DNA of 64,000 bases from Dehalococcoidia bacterium (GCA_035512435.1 DATKDX010000047.1:4674-68673), one strand, 5' to 3'; positions 47,356 through 57,414 are shown, counted from the stretch's first letter. A program made the numbers and translations. The notes: generated by a model from the letters alone, not told the origin.

Positions 47356-47564
47356 GGGCCTGGCGAGGGAGTTCCGTTGACTGTCCTTCGAGACGCCCTC
47401 CGTTCTTCTGCGAAGAACTCCGGGCTCCTCAGGATGAGCGGGAAAAGGGGGGGACGAGGCGCACCCGGATTTGCGTTGTGACAGCGGACGCCCTCCGTCC
47501 TTCTGCGAAGGAATGCGGGCTCCTCAGGATGAGCGGGACGGGGGGCGGCGCAGATAGTCATGGG
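47338..47564. repeat. Duplicated mogA leader/start region: two ~55-bp direct repeats each containing a covarying palindrome, plus a second copy of the mogA start (ggcgcagatagtcatggg)
   Basis: Copy 1 at 47391-47446 (…ccgTTCTTCtgcGAAGAActccgggctcctcaggatgagcggga). Copy 2 at 47486-47540 (…ccgTCCTTCtgcGAAGGAatgcgggctcctcaggatgagcggga). ggcgcagatagtcatggg occurs at 47341-47358 and 47544-47561. This creates a 69-codon uORF (47352..47561, minus strand) that begins MTICAA like mogA and ends in ATGA overlap with the mogA start. Confidence 0.75.
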
Positions 47565-47607
47565 GTGACAAGAGTGTGGAGAATTGCGAAATATATTGTA
47601 TAAGCGC

Positions 47608-47635
47608 TTGACACGCTATGGCGTGGTGGTATGAT
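47608..47635 (+). promoter_or_regulatory. Putative sigma-70-type promoter of the dcw cluster (Pmra)
   Basis: TTGACA (47608-47613), 16-bp spacer, TATGAT (47630-47635), AT-rich upstream tract. About 145 nt upstream of the mraZ ATG; TGGG-containing direct repeats (aatgggttgaagtggggac) follow and resemble MraZ-box repeats. Confidence 0.4.
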
Positions 47636-47778
47636 TTCCCACGAAATGGGTTGAAGTGGGGACTCGGCCCATCCAGTATTCGGTTCCAGACCTCAGCCGG
47701 AAGGCTTCCGGCTTCGGGCCTAGCCGATTCTAGCATAAGCGTCCCCGAGACCGCAGAAGGAAATGGCTCACGGAAAAG

Positions 47779-48201
47779 ATGGGGTTCAGAGGCAACTTCG
47801 AGCATACGCTCGACGACAGAGGCAGAGTCGCCATCCCGGCGAAGTACCGCAGCGATTTCGCTGCGGGTGCTGTCCTGACGCCGCACCCCGACGGGTGTCT
47901 GCAGGTCTACACGGACGCAGCGTTCAACGAGATGTCTAACGAAGTGGCGTCGCGCCCGGCGACCGTGCGAGTTGGTCGACAAGTACGGCGGGCGTTCGAC
48001 GGCACGGCATTCGAAGCCGAGCTTGACCGCCAGGGACGAATCCTGGTTCCCGCCCGCTTCCGCGAACAGCTGGGTCTCAACGGTTCCGTCGTTATCGTCG
48101 GTACCCGCGAGTGCCTGGAGATCTGGAGACCGGAGGCCTGGGAGAGGGAGCTAGAGGATTCACGGACGGCCTTGTCCGCGGGACAGGAGCCGGTGGATTA
48201 G
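47779..48201 (+). CDS. mraZ: Transcriptional regulator MraZ
   Basis: [24 protein letters not shown] and second DxxGR repeat ([13 protein letters not shown]); 140 aa. Confidence 0.85.
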   Translation: MGFRGNFEHTLDDRGRVAIPAKYRSDFAAGAVLTPHPDGCLQVYTDAAFNEMSNEVASRPATVRVGRQVRRAFDGTAFEAELDRQGRILVPARFREQLGLNGSVVIVGTRECLEIWRPEAWERELEDSRTALSAGQEPVD

Positions 48202-48205
48202 GACG

Positions 48206-49174
48206 GTGGTTGCAATCTCCCCCCAGAACAATGTTCTAGTCCACAATCCTGTTCTGCCGGATGAGGTCATCCGTTACCTGGCGGTCGAGCCCGGCGGCCG
48301 CTACATCGACTGCACGCTGGGCGCGGGGGGTCATGCCCGCGCGATCCTGGAGCGAGGGGCGCCGGGAGCGATGCTAATCGGCTTCGACGCTGACCCGCAC
48401 GCCATCAGCCTGGCCCGGGACACGCTGAAGGACTTCGAAGACAGCGTGGACCTGATTAACGGCAACTTCCGGGACCTAAAGGCTACGGCTGAGAATTTGA
48501 ACTTTGTGCCTGCGCACGGCGTACTCTTCGACCTGGGCCTTTCCTCGATGCAACTGGCGGAGGAAGGCCGCGGCTTCAGCTTCCAGTACGAGGCGCCCCT
48601 GGACATGCGGTTTGGGCCGGACCAGACGGTGACAGCGGCCGACATAGTGAATGAATACGACAAGAATGAACTCGCGAATGTCATCTGGGAGTTCGGCGAG
48701 GAACGATTCAGCCGGCGGATAGCCTCGGCGATCATCCGTGCGCGGCCGCTGAAGACGACGACGGAACTGGCGGCGATCGTATCGAAGGCCGTGCCGGGGA
48801 CGCGCAGCCGAATTCACCCGGCGACGCGGACGTTCCAGGCGCTGCGCATCGCGGTAAATGATGAACTGAACACATTGCAGACGGCGCTGGAGCAGGCGCG
48901 CGACGTGCTTGGCAGCGGCGGCCGGCTGGTGGTGATTTCGTTCCACTCGCTGGAGGACCGGATCGTGAAACAGTACCTGCAGCGCGAATCGCGTGACTGC
49001 ATCTGCCCGCCGGAGACACCTGTCTGCGTGTGCGGGCACAGCGCCAGCCTGCGGGTCTTGACACGACGACCGGTGACGCCGACGCCTGAGGAGATGGCTA
49101 ACAACCCACGCAGCCGCAGCGCAAAGCTGCGGGCGGCGGAACGAGTCGGGGCGGAGGCGCACGGTGGCGACTAG
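48206..49174 (+). CDS. rsmH: 16S rRNA (cytosine1402-N4)-methyltransferase RsmH (MraW)
   Basis: HNPVLPDEV...[12 protein letters not shown]...[11 protein letters not shown]...[13 protein letters not shown]. Confidence 0.9.
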   Translation: MVAISPQNNVLVHNPVLPDEVIRYLAVEPGGRYIDCTLGAGGHARAILERGAPGAMLIGFDADPHAISLARDTLKDFEDSVDLINGNFRDLKATAENLNFVPAHGVLFDLGLSSMQLAEEGRGFSFQYEAPLDMRFGPDQTVTAADIVNEYDKNELANVIWEFGEERFSRRIASAIIRARPLKTTTELAAIVSKAVPGTRSRIHPATRTFQALRIAVNDELNTLQTALEQARDVLGSGGRLVVISFHSLEDRIVKQYLQRESRDCICPPETPVCVCGHSASLRVLTRRPVTPTPEEMANNPRSRSAKLRAAERVGAEAHGGD

Positions 49175-49592
49175 CCGCAACGGCGCACGCTCAATCCCGC
49201 AGGCTGCCGCCGGCGGCAGCCTACCTATCGTGATCCTGGTGGCGACACTGATCGTTGGCACGGCGGCCCTGTTGCCGCTGGTGCAAAACAGCCTGGCAAC
49301 TTCGACCGGTGGCAACATCAGCCACCTTGAACAGCAGCGAGAAGACTGGCAAGCGCGACTTCACGAGCAGGAGGTCGCGGTGGCGCAACTGGGCAGCCTG
49401 GAGCGGATCGAGCGCGAAGCAAAGGCCCGTTTCAAGATGGTGGAGCCGGAGAACGTCACTTACATCCAGGTGGACGTGGCGCCAGCGGCGCCGCACAAGC
49501 TGCCGAGCCGTTACCTGCCGCCAGAGGACAGCAGCACGGGCTCCGGTTCATCACTTATCGACGACGTATTCGGCTGGATTCCGTTCCCCTGA
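49164..49592 (+). CDS. ftsL: Cell division protein FtsL/DivIC-like (single TM + coiled coil)
   Basis: Position between rsmH and fts[24 protein letters not shown] followed by a coiled-coil ([36 protein letters not shown]). Confidence 0.55.
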   Translation: MATSRNGARSIPQAAAGGSLPIVILVATLIVGTAALLPLVQNSLATSTGGNISHLEQQREDWQARLHEQEVAVAQLGSLERIEREAKARFKMVEPENVTYIQVDVAPAAPHKLPSRYLPPEDSSTGSGSSLIDDVFGWIPFP

Positions 49593-49601
49593 GGCTGAAC
49601 G

Positions 49602-51341
49602 ATGGCTAAGAGGCGATTTCGCGAGACGTGGCGGGTCTGGGCAGTGGTGGCGGCGATCGTCGTCGGCTTCGTTGTCGTGATCGGAAGGCTGGCGCAGCTC
49701 CAGATCCTGGAGCATGACCAGTATGCCGAGCAGGCGCGCGACATCCATTACGGCGTGGAGACACTGACGGACCGCCGGGGCGCGATCCTGGACCGCAACG
49801 GATACCCGCTGGCGGCGAGCGAGGCCGCGTACAACGTGATGGTGGAGAAACGTGCATGGACCGATGCCGCAACGGCACAGGCGGCCGCCGCTGAACTCGC
49901 GGAGATCACCGGCGTTAGCGCCAACGAAATGGTGGAAACCGTTGCCCAGACTGAAGTATTCGAGATCCCGGTGGCGCGTGGCCTGCACTACCAGCAAGCT
50001 GTGGGGGTGCGGGCACTAGGCCTGAGCGGAGTGCGCCTGCTGGAAAGCAGCCGGCGCGTGTACCCGGAGGGTAACCTGGCGGCGCAGTTGCTGGGGTTCG
50101 TCGGGCAGGACAACAACGGCCTGACGGGCCTGGAGACAGACCTGGACTCGATCCTGGGAGGAAATCCGGGCTCTGTCACTTATGAGCGAGACGGGCTCGG
50201 GCGGCAGCTCGCATACGGTGAGCGCTCGGAGATCCCTGCCCAGCCCGGCGCTAACGTAGTGTTGACAGTGGACCGATACATTCAGCGGCTGGCGGAGCAG
50301 GAACTTGACAAGGCGATCCAAGATCACGAGGCCGCCGGCGGCACGATCATCGTGGTAAAGCCCGAGACCGGCGAGGTGCTGGCGATGGCGAGCCGCCCGA
50401 CATTTGACGTGACGCAACCGCTGGTCGATGACGGCTCCAAGCAGGCTCTGTACCGCAACCGCGCGATTACGGACACGTATGAGCCCGGCTCCGTGTTTAA
50501 GTTGATCACGGCGAGCGCCGCAATCGACCTGGGGTTGGTATCGCCGGGGACGTGGTGGAACGATACGGGAGTGGTCCATCTGAGCGACTGGAGCATCTAT
50601 AACTGGGACTACTCGGCGAACGGATCGCAGACAGTGCAGCAACTGCTGAGCAAGAGCCTGAACACGGGCGCAGCCTGGTTGGCCAGCCTGTGCGGACCGC
50701 AGAGCTTCTACGACTACATAGCGAGGTTCGGGTTCGGCATGACGACTGATAGCGGCCTCTCCGGCGAGGTCGAAGGGCGCGTCCGGACCCCGAAGACTGA
50801 CGCTGAGGGCTGGAGCGCGGTGGACATGGCGACCAACAGCTTCGGCCAGGGAATCGCGGTAACGCCCCTGCAGATGGCGATGGCCGTGGCGGCAATCGCC
50901 AACGACGGGCAGTTGATGAAGCCACAGTTCGTCAAAGAGATCATCGGGCCGCTGAGCCGCAGCGAGGTGGAACCGGAGGTCGTGCGGCAGGTCATGTCTC
51001 CCGAATCGGCGCGAACCATGCTCGACATGATGGGCGTTGTTGTAGACGGGTACACGACGGTGGACGTGCCCGGTTACGAGGTTGGTGGCAAGACAGGCAC
51101 GGCCAACATCGCGACCGAGAACGGAGGCTACAAGCCCGACGCCTACATCTCGAGCTTCGCCGGCGTCGCCCCGCTGGAGGATCCACAGATCGCTGTGCTG
51201 GTGAAGATCGATGAGCCGAAGGACGTGCCGTGGGGCACTGTTGTGGCCGCGCCGGCCTTCAACCGACTGGCGCACCAGGCGCTGGCCTACATGAACGTGC
51301 CGCCGACAGAAGAGGCGCTGGTAGCGAGCGTAGACAACTAG
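49602..51341 (+). CDS. ftsI: Peptidoglycan D,D-transpeptidase FtsI (class B PBP)
   Basis: N-terminal TM, dimerisation domain, SxxK (…GSVFK), SxN (SKSLN), KTG (GKTGTA) motifs. Confidence 0.9.
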   Translation: MAKRRFRETWRVWAVVAAIVVGFVVVIGRLAQLQILEHDQYAEQARDIHYGVETLTDRRGAILDRNGYPLAASEAAYNVMVEKRAWTDAATAQAAAAELAEITGVSANEMVETVAQTEVFEIPVARGLHYQQAVGVRALGLSGVRLLESSRRVYPEGNLAAQLLGFVGQDNNGLTGLETDLDSILGGNPGSVTYERDGLGRQLAYGERSEIPAQPGANVVLTVDRYIQRLAEQELDKAIQDHEAAGGTIIVVKPETGEVLAMASRPTFDVTQPLVDDGSKQALYRNRAITDTYEPGSVFKLITASAAIDLGLVSPGTWWNDTGVVHLSDWSIYNWDYSANGSQTVQQLLSKSLNTGAAWLASLCGPQSFYDYIARFGFGMTTDSGLSGEVEGRVRTPKTDAEGWSAVDMATNSFGQGIAVTPLQMAMAVAAIANDGQLMKPQFVKEIIGPLSRSEVEPEVVRQVMSPESARTMLDMMGVVVDGYTTVDVPGYEVGGKTGTANIATENGGYKPDAYISSFAGVAPLEDPQIAVLVKIDEPKDVPWGTVVAAPAFNRLAHQALAYMNVPPTEEALVASVDN

Positions 51342-51343
51342 AA

Positions 51344-52717
51344 ATGCTGACGACTAACGACGTAATCGAAGGGACAGGCGCGATGCTGGTTTCGGCGCGC
51401 GCGGGTAGGGACGTCACGTTTGCGCGCGGCGCGATCGACTCCCGCACCGTGGGCAAGGGAGACCTTTTCTTTGCGCTGCACGGCGAGAACCTTGACGCGC
51501 ATGCGTTCGTGCCGGCTGCACTCGAGGCGGGCGCGGCCGGGGCGGTAGTGGCGAGGCCTGTTGAATCAGGGGACAGAGCTGTCTTCCAGGTCAGCGACCC
51601 ACAGACGGCCCTGCAGAAGCTGGCAGCCTACTGGCGCCGGCGACATGACGCCAGGGTGATCGGCGTGACCGGCAGTGTCGGCAAGACAACGGCCAAGGAA
51701 CTGATCGCGGCGGTGCTTTCAGCCCGCTATCGCACGCTGAAGAGCGAAGCAAACCTGAATACTGAAATCGGAGTGCCTCTGACCCTGCTGCAACTGCGAC
51801 CTGAGCACGAGCGTGCGGTGCTGGAGCTGGGGATGTATGTACCCGACGACATAGCCCTCCTGGCGCAGATATCGCAGCCGGATGTCGGAGTCGTGATGAA
51901 CGTTGGGCCGGTGCACCTGGAGAGGGTCGGATCGATTGGGCGCATCACCGGCGGCAAAGCAGAACTGGTGGAGGCATTGGGGCCGGACGGCCTCGCAGTG
52001 CTCAACGGAGATGACGCGCGCGTGGCATCGTTCTCCCGGCGGACCCGCGCACGGAGCGTCCTCTTCGGGCTATCCGAGCAGTCTGACGTGCGTGGCAGCG
52101 ACGTCGAATCGCGCGGCCTAGAGGGCCTCTCATTCACGATTTCGGCGAACGGCGAAAGCGCACGCGTTGACTGCCCACTGCCGGGACGCCATCACGTTTA
52201 CCCGGCGCTGGCGGCAGCAGCAGTTGCACTCAACGAAGGGATGACGCTGGCGGAAATCGCCGAAGCGCTGCGCGAGGCGCGCGTGGACCTGCGCCTGGCG
52301 GTGCGCGCGGGAATTAACGGCAGCACGCTAATCGATGACAGCTACAACGCCAGCCCAGCCTCCGTGATCGCTGCGCTGGACCTGCTCTCGGAGCTGCCAG
52401 GCCGACGCGTCGCGGTTCTGGGTCATATGCGGGAGCTGGGCGCGGCAGAGGACGAGGGGCACCGGCGCGTGGGACATCATGCGGCCGGTCGCTGTGACCT
52501 TCTCTGTGTAGTCGGCGAGGAAGCGTCACTGATCGCCGAAGAGGCTCGGGCGGCGGGGCAAGAGACGCGGACGTTCGAATCGACCGTCGAAGCCGCGCAG
52601 GCGCTGACCCGTGAACTGCGCGCGGGAGACCACGTTCTGATTAAGGCCTCGCGCGCGGTTGGGCTGGAAAGCCTGGTTGAGGCGCTGCTGGCGCACGATG
52701 ACGAGCCGAGGAAATGA
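51344..52717 (+). CDS. murF: UDP-N-acetylmuramoyl-tripeptide--D-alanyl-D-alanine ligase MurF
   Basis: DSRTVGKGDLFFALHGENLDAHAF, GVTGSVGKTTAKE, 458 aa (length fits MurF rather than MurE). ATG 3 nt after the ftsI stop. Confidence 0.8.
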   Translation: MLTTNDVIEGTGAMLVSARAGRDVTFARGAIDSRTVGKGDLFFALHGENLDAHAFVPAALEAGAAGAVVARPVESGDRAVFQVSDPQTALQKLAAYWRRRHDARVIGVTGSVGKTTAKELIAAVLSARYRTLKSEANLNTEIGVPLTLLQLRPEHERAVLELGMYVPDDIALLAQISQPDVGVVMNVGPVHLERVGSIGRITGGKAELVEALGPDGLAVLNGDDARVASFSRRTRARSVLFGLSEQSDVRGSDVESRGLEGLSFTISANGESARVDCPLPGRHHVYPALAAAAVALNEGMTLAEIAEALREARVDLRLAVRAGINGSTLIDDSYNASPASVIAALDLLSELPGRRVAVLGHMRELGAAEDEGHRRVGHHAAGRCDLLCVVGEEASLIAEEARAAGQETRTFESTVEAAQALTRELRAGDHVLIKASRAVGLESLVEALLAHDDEPRK

Positions 52718-53685
52718 CGTATGCACTGGTACTGGGCGCGATGACACTGGCGGCGACTGTGGCGGCGGGATACCCGGCCGTTGAGCTCCTGCGCCGGCGA
52801 AAGATCGGCAAGGAGATCAGCGAGTGGGCGCCGGAGACGCACCAGTCGAAGGCCGGCACGCCAACGATGGGCGGCCTGTTGATCGTCCTGGTGATTGTCG
52901 CCTTCACGCTGGCGGCCAACTTCTTCGGGCGTTACAGCATCGGGCTGCCGCTTTTGGTGGCGGGTTGTTTGTGCGCGCTTGGATTCGTGGACGACGTGGG
53001 TTCGCTGCAGGGGCGCAGACAGGCTGCACTTCAGCGGCGCGTGAAGCTGGCGGTGTTTATCGCCGTGGGCATCGGCGCCGCGATCGCGCTGTACCACGAA
53101 GATCTGCTGGACCTGCGGAGCGTGAACATACCGTTTGAGGGCCGGCACGACATCGGCTGGGTTTACATCCCGGTTGCCATCGGCATCATTGTCTTGACGG
53201 CGGGCGGCGTGGCCGTCACGGACGGGCTGGACGGTCTTGCGGCGGGAACGCTGGCGATCGCCTACGCCGCGTACGGCATCCTGGCTATGCACCAGGAGCA
53301 GACTTACCTGGGCGCCTTCTGCTTCACGGTGACCGGCGCCTGCGCCGGCTTCCTCTGGCACAATGCTTATCCCGCCCGCGTGTTCATGGGTGACACGGGA
53401 GCGCTGGCACTGGGCGGCGCGCTGGCCGTCGTAGCTTTCATGACAGGACAGTGGCTGGTTTTGCCGCTAATCGGAATTATTTTCGTAGTAGAAGGAGCGT
53501 CGGTCGGGCTGCAGGTCGGATACTTCCGGCTGACGGGCGGCAAGCGCATATTCCGCAAGACGCCTCTGCACCACCACTTCGAAGAAGGCGGCCTGAGCGA
53601 GATGCAGACGACGATGCGCTTCTGGGTCGTGGGGGTGCTGGGCGCAATGGCCGGCGTGGCGCTGGCGCTGGAGGTGTACTCGTGA
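52714..53685 (+). CDS. mraY: Phospho-N-acetylmuramoyl-pentapeptide transferase MraY
   Basis: 10-TM profile, DDxxD-like (FVDDVGS), NAYPARVFMGDTGALALGG, HHHFE. Confidence 0.9.
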   Translation: MTYALVLGAMTLAATVAAGYPAVELLRRRKIGKEISEWAPETHQSKAGTPTMGGLLIVLVIVAFTLAANFFGRYSIGLPLLVAGCLCALGFVDDVGSLQGRRQAALQRRVKLAVFIAVGIGAAIALYHEDLLDLRSVNIPFEGRHDIGWVYIPVAIGIIVLTAGGVAVTDGLDGLAAGTLAIAYAAYGILAMHQEQTYLGAFCFTVTGACAGFLWHNAYPARVFMGDTGALALGGALAVVAFMTGQWLVLPLIGIIFVVEGASVGLQVGYFRLTGGKRIFRKTPLHHHFEEGGLSEMQTTMRFWVVGVLGAMAGVALALEVYS

Positions 53686-55088
53686 TCGACACGCGGCGTC
53701 TCTATGAGCTGGATTTCACGGACCGGCGCGTAACGGTCGTTGGGCTGGGCGTGGAGGGCGTGGACATGGTGCGCTACCTCTCGCGCCAGCACGCTTACGT
53801 CACGGCGTCTGACTCCAAGACTTCGGACCGTCTGGCGGACAGCCTGCGTGAGGTTGAGCCGCTTCATGTGAACGTCTCGCTGGGCAAAGACCAGGCGCAG
53901 GCGATCGCTGATGCCGAAACGTTATTCGTTTCGCAAGGCGTGCCGCTGGACTTGCCGCCGCTTAAGACAGCACGAGACAACGGCGTGCCATTCATGTCGA
54001 TGGTGGGGCTGTTCTTCGAGCTCTGCCCCGGGCCGATCATCGGCATCACCGGCTCTTCCGGGAAGACGACGACGACGGCGCTGGTGGCAGAGATGCTGAA
54101 GGCCGACGACCAGGATGTCTTCGTCGGCGGCAACATCGGCGTGGGGCTTCTGGACCGGCTGGAGGACATCCGTCCGTATACGCGATCCGTGCTGGAGATA
54201 AGCCATACCCAGTTGCAACTGGTTGACCGAAGCCCGCACATAGCGGCGATCCTCAATATCACACCGAACCACCTGGACCGTTTCTCCTGGGACGACTACG
54301 TGGCGCTCAAGGCGCGCATCATCGAGTTCCAGGAGGCGGACGATATAGCAGTACTGGGGTACGACAACGCCGAGACGCGGGCACTGGAACCGAAGGTCCG
54401 CGGCCGCCTGCTGTGGTTCAGCATGACGGACACGATTCCGGGAGACGGCGTGTTCGTGCGAGACGGGCGGGCGACGGCGCGCGTGAACGGAATCGAGCAG
54501 CCCCTTTTCTTGCTGGATGAAGTGAGCCTGCGCGGCCGCCACAACCAGGAGAACGCCGTTGCGGCGGCCGCGGTAGGGCTGGCGAGCGGCGCATCGCCGG
54601 CGGCGATAACGATGGCCGTCCGCGGTTTCGCCGGCGTTGAGCACCGCCTGGAGCTGGTGGCGGAATTCAACGGCGCCGGGTATTACAACGACAGCATCGC
54701 CACGACGCCGGAGCGTACCCTCGCCGGGATGCGTTCGTTCAGCGGACCGATCGTCCTGCTCCTGGGTGGGCGCGACAAGCACCTGCCACTGGAAGAACTG
54801 GCCGCGGAAGCGCATAAGAGGTGCCGGGCGGTGGTGCTGTTCGGCGAGTCGGCCGAGAAGCTGGAAGCGGCACTGCTGGCAGCCGGATCGGAGACGGCAA
54901 TCATCCGGGGCGAAACGCTGGAAGAAGCGGTGACGGCTGCGCACGGGGCTGCCCAGCCGGGCGACGTGGTGCTGCTCTCGCCGGCCTGCACCAGCTACGA
55001 CGCATACGACAACTTTGAGCAACGCGGCGAGCACTTCCGGCGACTGGTCGGCCGGATAGCCGGGGAGGCACAGTCATCGATCCGGTAG
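53682..55088 (+). CDS. murD: UDP-N-acetylmuramoylalanine--D-glutamate ligase MurD
   Basis: GTG start overlapping the mraY stop. VTVVGLGVEGVDMVRYL, GITGSSGKTTTTAL, 468 aa. Confidence 0.85.
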   Translation: MIDTRRLYELDFTDRRVTVVGLGVEGVDMVRYLSRQHAYVTASDSKTSDRLADSLREVEPLHVNVSLGKDQAQAIADAETLFVSQGVPLDLPPLKTARDNGVPFMSMVGLFFELCPGPIIGITGSSGKTTTTALVAEMLKADDQDVFVGGNIGVGLLDRLEDIRPYTRSVLEISHTQLQLVDRSPHIAAILNITPNHLDRFSWDDYVALKARIIEFQEADDIAVLGYDNAETRALEPKVRGRLLWFSMTDTIPGDGVFVRDGRATARVNGIEQPLFLLDEVSLRGRHNQENAVAAAAVGLASGASPAAITMAVRGFAGVEHRLELVAEFNGAGYYNDSIATTPERTLAGMRSFSGPIVLLLGGRDKHLPLEELAAEAHKRCRAVVLFGESAEKLEAALLAAGSETAIIRGETLEEAVTAAHGAAQPGDVVLLSPACTSYDAYDNFEQRGEHFRRLVGRIAGEAQSSIR

Positions 55089-55135
55089 AAGGAACCCCGT
55101 TCCAGGGACGCAGGGCAGGTAGCCGCCGGCCAGGC

Positions 55136-56308
55136 ATGCCGGACTACCACCTGTTGGTGGCGACCGTGATGCTTCTGATCGCTGGGCTGCTGGCCGTCTA
55201 CACGTCCAGCTTCGCGGTGGCATACCACGAGTACGGGGACCCGAACTACTTCATCTTACGCCAGGCGCTCTTCACGGGCCTGGGGATGGTTGCGCTGGTC
55301 TTCTTCATGAAGGTGGACTACAACCGCCTGCGCAGCTGGAGCGCGCCGATGCTGCTGGTTGCCCTCGTGGGCCTGGTCCTCGTTCTCTCGCCGCTGGGCT
55401 CGGAAGTGAACGGAGCGAAGCGCTGGCTGATCTTTGGGCCGATTTCAGTGCAACCAAGCGAGTTCGCAAAGCTGGCCGTGCTCGTGTACATCTCAGCCTG
55501 GTTAGCGAGCCGCGGCAAGGAGATTAACCAGTTCACGATTGGCTTCGTGCCGTTCGTCCTCCTGCTGAGCGTCGTCGCGGCGCTCGTCGTCTCCGAGCCG
55601 GACATGGGGACAACGGTGATGATCGTGCTTGTGGCGTGCACGCTGTTCTTCGTCGCCGGGGCTCCGATCACCCACCTGGCGCTGCTGCTGGGAGCGGGAG
55701 CGACGGCAAGCTACTTCATGATCGGCGCGCGTGAGTATCAGCTTGACCGCCTGACTGGCTTTCTTTCGGCGGAATCGGACCCGCAGGGGCTGGGGTTTCA
55801 GATCATCCAGCTGGCAGTCGCGCTGGGAAGTGGCGGGCCGCTGGGCATCGGCTGGGCGGAAAGCCGGCAGAAGCACCTGTACCTCCCGGGCGCGCACACC
55901 GACGGAGTGTTCGCCATCCTGGGCGAGGAGTTGGGGTTCATCGGGCTGATTGGCGTGCTGGCCCTCTTCGCATTCTTCCTTTATCGGGCCCTGCGTGTGA
56001 CCTTGAAGACGAACGACGACTTCGGAATGCTGCTAGGGGTGGGGATTATCAGCTGGATCGCGTTCCAGACGCTGATCAACATCGCCGGCGTCACGCGTAC
56101 TATCCCTCTCACCGGTATTCCCCTGCCGTTCCTGAGCTACGGAGGTTCGGCGCTGATCAGCCTGATGGCCGGCGTCGGAATACTGCTCAATGTGTCGCGG
56201 TATACGTCGGACGTGAGATACGCGGCGCGGGCGCGGCCCGTGGCCAAGGCACCCCCCCGACCGAAGGCGCGGCGTCGCGGCCCGGTGTTTGAGAGGGGCG
56301 CGGCATGA
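55136..56308 (+). CDS. ftsW: Peptidoglycan glycosyltransferase FtsW (SEDS family)
   Basis: 10-TM SEDS profile, GAKRWL, QPSEFAKL, TDFIFA-like (TDGVFAILGEELGFIG), PLPFLSYGGS. Confidence 0.85.
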   Translation: MPDYHLLVATVMLLIAGLLAVYTSSFAVAYHEYGDPNYFILRQALFTGLGMVALVFFMKVDYNRLRSWSAPMLLVALVGLVLVLSPLGSEVNGAKRWLIFGPISVQPSEFAKLAVLVYISAWLASRGKEINQFTIGFVPFVLLLSVVAALVVSEPDMGTTVMIVLVACTLFFVAGAPITHLALLLGAGATASYFMIGAREYQLDRLTGFLSAESDPQGLGFQIIQLAVALGSGGPLGIGWAESRQKHLYLPGAHTDGVFAILGEELGFIGLIGVLALFAFFLYRALRVTLKTNDDFGMLLGVGIISWIAFQTLINIAGVTRTIPLTGIPLPFLSYGGSALISLMAGVGILLNVSRYTSDVRYAARARPVAKAPPRPKARRRGPVFERGAA

Positions 56309-57414
56309 GGCTGGTCTTGAGCGGCGGCGGCACCGGCGGGCATGTCTACCCGGCGCTGAGCGTAGCCGAAGCCGTACGTTCCGCGCTGCCAGCGGGAGAA
56401 ACGCTGGAGCTCCTGTACGTAGGCTCGGCGTCCGGAAACGACGCAGAGATCGTCGAGCGGGCAGCGGTCGAGTTTCGCGGAGTCAACGCGGCGCCGATCC
56501 GCGGGCGTATGCCCTGGCAAATGGGCATGAACGCGGCCAAGATCGCGTCCGGCGTAACGCAGGCGCGTGCGATCATCAGCGACTTCCGGCCAGAAGTAGT
56601 GCTTTCGACGGGAGGCTATGCGAGCTTCCCTGTGGCGCTGGCGGCGAGGGGCAAAGGCGTGCCGCTGGCGGTTTATCTTCCGGACCTTAGCCCCGGATGG
56701 GCCGTGCGAGCCATCGCCCGGCTGGCGCAGAAGGTGGCTGTGACGGCGATCGAGTCGCTGCGCAAGCTGCCCTCCGGAAAGACGATCGTGACGGGCTATC
56801 CGGTGCGCGGTGAGTTCTGGAAGGCGGACCGGGCATCTGGCCGTGAGCGGCTGGGGATCAGTCCGGAGGAAAAGGTGCTGTTTATCGGCGGCGGCTCGAC
56901 GGGCGCGCATCGCATAAACCGTGCCGTGGCGTCGGACCTATCGGGGTTGCTGGAGTTATGTGAAGTCGTGCATGTCTCCGGACTGGGCGATGAGCCCTGG
57001 CTGCGCGAAATTCGTGACGGCATGCCGGACGAGCTGCGGAGCCGGTATCACCTGCACGGCTACATGCACGACGAAATGCCCTGGGCGATGGCGGCCGCGG
57101 ACCTGGCGCTGTGCCGCTCGGGCGCATCGGTGATCGGCGAGTTGCCGGCGCTGGGACTGCCGGCGGTGCTGGTGCCGCTGCCGCTGGCAGGCGCTCACCA
57201 GAGGGTGAACGCGCACTACCTGGAGAAGCAGGGCGCGGCCACCGTCCTTGAGGAAGAGTACCTGGATAACATCCTGCCGATCGTCGGCACTTTGCTGCAC
57301 GATGAGACGCGGCTGAAGGGCATGCGTGAAGCGTCCAGGCGACTGGCGCGGCCGAATGCCGCCACGCGGCTGGCCGGTATGTTGCTTGACCTGGCGAAAT
57401 GGACCAGCCGATGA
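56305..57414 (+). CDS. murG: UDP-GlcNAc--MurNAc-pentapeptide-undecaprenol GlcNAc transferase MurG
   Basis: LSGGGTGGHVYPAL, GGYASFP, CRSGASVIGELPALGLPAVLVPLP. Confidence 0.9.
   Translation: MRLVLSGGGTGGHVYPALSVAEAVRSALPAGETLELLYVGSASGNDAEIVERAAVEFRGVNAAPIRGRMPWQMGMNAAKIASGVTQARAIISDFRPEVVLSTGGYASFPVALAARGKGVPLAVYLPDLSPGWAVRAIARLAQKVAVTAIESLRKLPSGKTIVTGYPVRGEFWKADRASGRERLGISPEEKVLFIGGGSTGAHRINRAVASDLSGLLELCEVVHVSGLGDEPWLREIRDGMPDELRSRYHLHGYMHDEMPWAMAAADLALCRSGASVIGELPALGLPAVLVPLPLAGAHQRVNAHYLEKQGAATVLEEEYLDNILPIVGTLLHDETRLKGMREASRRLARPNAATRLAGMLLDLAKWTSR

Noticed and set aside
47356-47560. Moco (molybdenum cofactor) riboswitch upstream of mogA
   Set aside because: The genomic context fits, but I cannot match the conserved Moco-motif nucleotides from memory. 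The region is better described as a duplicated leader with palindromes. It is left as a hypothesis inside the finding and not annotated as an ncRNA.
48476-51275. Long minus-strand ORFs (48476..49318, 50016..51275) and 53922..55034 antisense to rsmH/ftsI/murD
   Set aside because: They are antisense to well-supported dcw genes and translate to Arg-rich low-complexity sequence.
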